From Tubiluchus corallicola (taxonomy: Eukaryota > Animalia > Priapulida): 13,502 nt of DNA. The notes beneath the pieces are model-generated. The model ran no database searches, had not been told where the DNA came from, and was given only the letters and a program-made list of their open reading frames with translations. The position numbers and the translations under genes were made by a program. Of the stretch, positions 10,071 through 13,502 are shown piece after piece; the stretch's first letter is position 1; the number at the start of each line of letters is the position of its first letter. Where the stretch lies: the NCBI GenBank assembly GCA_030141605.1, contig JAQGDQ010002139.1:1-13502 (forward strand), read 5' to 3'.

Positions 10071-10326
10071 AAAGGTTACTGTGGAAGGTTTACTCCTCTA
10101 CACATGGCCGTTGGGTCACTTGACCTTCTCCGCCCTCTAGCCGTTGGCTGCTTGTGCAGCTCCTCCGCCTAGTGTCGAGATACAGTGTGGGCATCCCGTA
10201 AGCCTACAGCACCTGGCATTCCTAGGCGGTCACCCATCCAAGTACTAACCAGGCTCTACGTTGCTTAACTCAGGTGGTCAGACGAAAACCGGTGTTTTCT
10301 GTTTCCAACGTGATATGACCGTAGTC
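10071..10326 (-). mobile_element. putative 5S-derived SINE (SINE3-type): 5S head, ~130-nt GC-rich body and AGTA(A)ACCTT repeat tail
   Basis: GC-rich sequence continues directly from the 5S 3' end and stops at AGTAAACCTT-CCAC-AGTAACCTT; the flanks are AT-rich. Confidence 0.65.
10200..10326 (-). pseudogene. full-length 5S rRNA-derived sequence (pseudogene or SINE3 head)
   Basis: Minus strand GACTACGGTCATATCACGTTG...CACCGGTTTTCGTCTGACCACCTGAGTTAAGCAACGTAGAGCCTGGTTAGTACTTGGATGGGTGACCGCCTAGGAATGCCAGGTGCTGTAGGCTT is colinear with metazoan 5S rRNA. Box A and box C are recognisable. It has a ~7-nt insertion (127 nt total) and no oligo-T terminator directly after it. Confidence 0.93.
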
Positions 10327-10354
10327 TAAACTCTAAAATAATATATATATATAT

Positions 10355-10395
10355 ACAAACGTTTCAACCGCAATCAGCTGTGATCATCAGTAAGA
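10355..10395 (-). ncRNA. degenerate minimal type I hammerhead ribozyme motif (Penelope-like element type)
   Basis: Minus strand TTA-CTGATGA-TCACAGC-TGATT-GCGGTT-GAAACGTT-TG has both core boxes, a partial stem II and the palindromic AAACGTTT stem III. Stem I is weak. Confidence 0.55.
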
Positions 10396-10445
10396 CACTA
10401 TAGAAACAACAAACAGTTTATAATGGCAGAGCTTACAGTATTCAA

Positions 10446-10569
10446 TATTTTAAAGTGTAGATTGTTTTGACCTACAGTTTAAGATTGGATCCCTGCTTTG
10501 CTTTAAAGTTTTTAACAACAGTTATCTTGATTTAATAATGAATGCTTTTAAGTTCCTATATAAATTGAA
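10446..10569. repeat. dispersed repeat, copy 2 (partner at 1835-1959)
   Basis: See copy 1; same orientation. Confidence 0.8.
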
Positions 10570-10599
10570 TAAGACGAACATTTGTTAACTTGCTGTGAT

Positions 10600-11037
10600 G
10601 CTTCTTCAATGAATCACACGTCCAGGGACATGATTCTGCTCACCTCCCAATGCCAGGACTCCCTACTCGCTGCAATGCCCCAAGTGGATTTATCTCTAAG
10701 GATCAATTCTGAAGTGTTTAAATCTTTCTGTGCAAAATCTAAGTATGTTAACATTTGTCCTCCTGCAGGTTTTTTAGCTGGTTCTATGGCTTGTTGAAGA
10801 GCTATCTTCACTGGAATATCATCAGGTAGTCTAAGCATATGCCTAATTAATCTCAAACGGCGTCTTTTTATTTTTCTTGTCCAAGGTTCTTCTTTTATTT
10901 TTTCATACAGATCTTTGTTTGAAATTTTCTTTCGCCATCTAATACCCAAAATGTTTCTGTAATTTCGCCTTTGAAACGCATCGATTTCAGCTTTATGATT
11001 TGCTTTTAATGTCGAGAGCTCAGAGTTATACACAAAT
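10600..11037 (-). mobile_element. 5'-truncated RTE-clade non-LTR retrotransposon (ORF C-terminus 10614-11033) with 12-bp TSD
   Basis: YNSE...IDAFQRR..RNILGIRW..KISNKDLY...IKRRRLRLIRHMLRLPDD.P.K.AL...KDL...A.SRESW matches the RTE post-RT region. Very short 3' UTR ending GAAGAAG. ACTTGCTGTGAT at 10588-10599 and 11038-11049. Confidence 0.92.
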
Positions 11038-11549
11038 ACTTGCTGTGATTATTGAAGCGTCAATATGTCAAGATGGCGCTGACAATTCATTACGTCATCA
11101 TCTGATTAAAATTATATGGAAATTCGTCTGACAGCAGGCAGTGATGTTAACAGAACATGCTACATTGTCCTTACATTACACCTACATACAGTTAATAACC
11201 GATATTTAATGAATTGATAAAAGCTGACGACCTGTGGTTAAACGATTGCTTCAATGCGTCCCCTCCCCAAATGCCAACTGTTACTCAGCGTGTGGCATGG
11301 TCGTTTCACTCCAAACGCTGTTTTTTTCTGCAAAATAGAGTGTAAAATAACATTAGTCTGTCAGAGGTATGAATTTAAATGTGACATGTAATTTGACTGT
11401 ATAACATGTGACAGACAAAGACGCGTTTATACTGTATATTACAGCCCACGTAGCTTTTTCTTTGGAGCTGGCAAATGTTTGTCTGTTTTGTTAACAGTTA
11501 TTCTACTTAAAACCACGTTTAAGCATAAAAACTTAAACCTTTTTGATGT

Positions 11550-12750
11550 AAAATTTCTTTTTATGTTTACCTAAACTGGTGTCGAAATTTGGCTACAGTA
11601 TATGTAATGTATACTGCCTACACATTTTAGTTAATTATTCACTAAATTTCTTTTTACGTTTATCTAAACTGGTGTGGAAATTTGGCTACAGTATATGTAA
11701 TGTATATTACCTACACATTTTAGCAAATTATTCACAAAATTTCTTTTTACGTTTATCTAAACTGGTGTGGAAATTTGGCTACAGTATATGTAATGTATAC
11801 TGCCTACATATTTTAGGAAATTATTCACAAAATTTCTTTTTACGTTTACCTAAACTGGTGTGGAAATTTGGCTACAGTATATGTAATGTATATTGCCTAC
11901 ATATTTTAGGAAATTATTCACAAAATTTCTTTTTACGTTTATCTAAACTGGTGTGGAAATTTGGCTACAGTATATGTAATGTATATTACCTACATATTTT
12001 AGGAAATTATTCACAAAATTTCTTTTTACGTTTACCTAAACTGGTGTCGAAACTTGGCTACAGTATATGTAATGTATATCACCTACATATTTTAGGAAAT
12101 TATTAAAAAAATTTCTTTTTACGTTTATCTAAACTGGTGTCGAAATTTGGCTACAGTATATGTAATGTATATCACCTACATATTTTAGGAAATTATTCAC
12201 AAAATTTCTTTTTACGTTTATCTAAACTGGTGTCGAAATTTGGCTACAGTATATGTAATGTATATTACCTACATATTTTAGGAAATTATTCACAAAATTT
12301 CTTTTTACGTTTACCTAAACTGGTGTCGAAATTTGGCTACAGTATATGTAATGTATATCACCTACATATTTTAGGAAATTATTCACAAAATTTCTTTTTA
12401 CGTTTATCTAAACTGGTGTCGAAATTTGGCTACAGTATATGTAATGTATATTACCTACATATTTTAGGAAATTATTCACAAAATTTCTTTTTACGTTTAT
12501 CTAAACTGGTGTCGAAACTTGGCTACAGTATATGTAATGTATATTACCTACATATTTTAGGAAATTATTCACAAAATTTCTTTTTACGTTTATCTAAACT
12601 GGTGTCGAAACTTGGCTACAGTATATGTAATGTATATTACCTACATATTTTAGGAAATTATTCACAAAATTTCTTTTTACGTTTACCTAAACTGGTGTGG
12701 AAATTTGGCTACAGTATATACAATGTATATCACCCACATAAATTATTTGA
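11550..12750. repeat. 93-bp tandem array, ~13 copies
   Basis: Unit AAATTTCTTTTTACGTTTATCTAAACTGGTGTCGAAATTTGGCTACAGTATATGTAATGTATATTACCTACATATTTTAGGAAATTATTCACA. Exact 93-bp period (CTGGT ends at 11580 and 12696 = 12 x 93). Confidence 0.99.
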
Positions 12751-13308
12751 ATCAAAATAATCTTTGCATGGGGCTGTGCCTGCTTTTATAAAGCGGTGCT
12801 TATCAAAAACCCCTCTCTTTTCGTGTTTTTTCGGTCATCACTAAATCGAATACAAGAGATTAACACGGGAGAGAATAATTCCTACGTTCAGCGCCCACTG
12901 AGAGAGACCTCAATTGATACGTAGTTAATAATGGTTAATACTTGTACGTCTAAGTCGATGTAGTCAAAGCGTGAAAGGCCATCACAGAAGCGAAACTGTT
13001 GGCTTATGAAATATGTAACAATACTTCATTCAAACCCTCCCTAAACGACTGGTGCCCCACGGATCTCGGCGGCCAATCATGTTAGACCTATTAGAGATCA
13101 TAATTGCTCCCCCTTGTGTGAGAAATGTAGAAAGTATATGTCGAGGTATGTTCTTTGTTTGAGAGTTTTTAGATACAACTGTAACACAGTTTTCTCGCGC
13201 ATAGTACTATAAGTTATGTACAATGAATAACCGCTCTTTGAAATTATGAATTACATTTTAGCTAAGAAACAGCGTAAATGTTTGAAAATAACTGATGCTG
13301 ATATTCAT

Positions 13309-13384
13309 TAATGGGGGACATTCACGCGTTTGCTAATGGTGGACATTCACGCGTTTGCTAATGATGGACATTCACGCGTTTGCT
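13309..13384. repeat. 25-bp tandem repeat, 3 copies
   Basis: GGACATTCACGCGTTTGCTAATG(G/A)T at 13316, 13341 and 13366 (last copy partial). Confidence 0.95.
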
Positions 13385-13502
13385 TTGATTTTTGTATTTG
13401 TAAAAAAATGCTAGCGTTATAATTCTGTACTGTTTGATTTTTTGAGAAAACATTGATGAATTTTTTTATTTTACAATTTGACCATTTTGTTCGCAAACTG
13501 CC

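Noticed and set aside
10200-10326. Functional 5S rRNA gene
   Set aside because: About 7-nt insertion, helix I mismatch, internal TTTT, no terminator after the 3' end, and no tandem rDNA context.
10582-10797. 71-aa plus-strand ORF
   Set aside because: Antisense shadow of the RTE ORF.
12975-13150. Cys-containing frames ending at donor-like GAG|GTATGT (e.g. NCSPLCEKCRKYMS)
   Set aside because: Frames are broken by stops and there is no good acceptor or recognisable domain; cannot be supported without transcript data.

Overview
AT-rich, repeat-dense eukaryotic (animal-like, probably invertebrate) genomic DNA with no complete gene, no prokaryotic operon and no CRISPR array. Tandem repeats fill about 45% of the window: a 60-bp array (~55 copies), a (GGAT)n microsatellite, a 31-bp array (~30 copies) and a 93-bp array (~13 copies). 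The long ORFs over these arrays are by-products of the repeats. A retroelement cluster at ~8.9-11.05 kb contains two 5'-truncated non-LTR retrotransposon fragments (one RTE-clade, with a perfect 12-bp target-site duplication), a small MITE and a full-length 5S rRNA-derived sequence fused to a GC-rich body (SINE3-like). A degenerate Penelope-type minimal hammerhead ribozyme motif lies ~30 nt upstream of the 5S head on the same strand. Also present are a candidate Cys-rich (EB/EGF-like) coding exon at 7647-7804, missed by the ORF track, and a diverged ~125-bp element found twice, 8.6 kb apart. The sequence alone does not prove a new biological system; the hammerhead plus 5S-SINE arrangement is the best lead.
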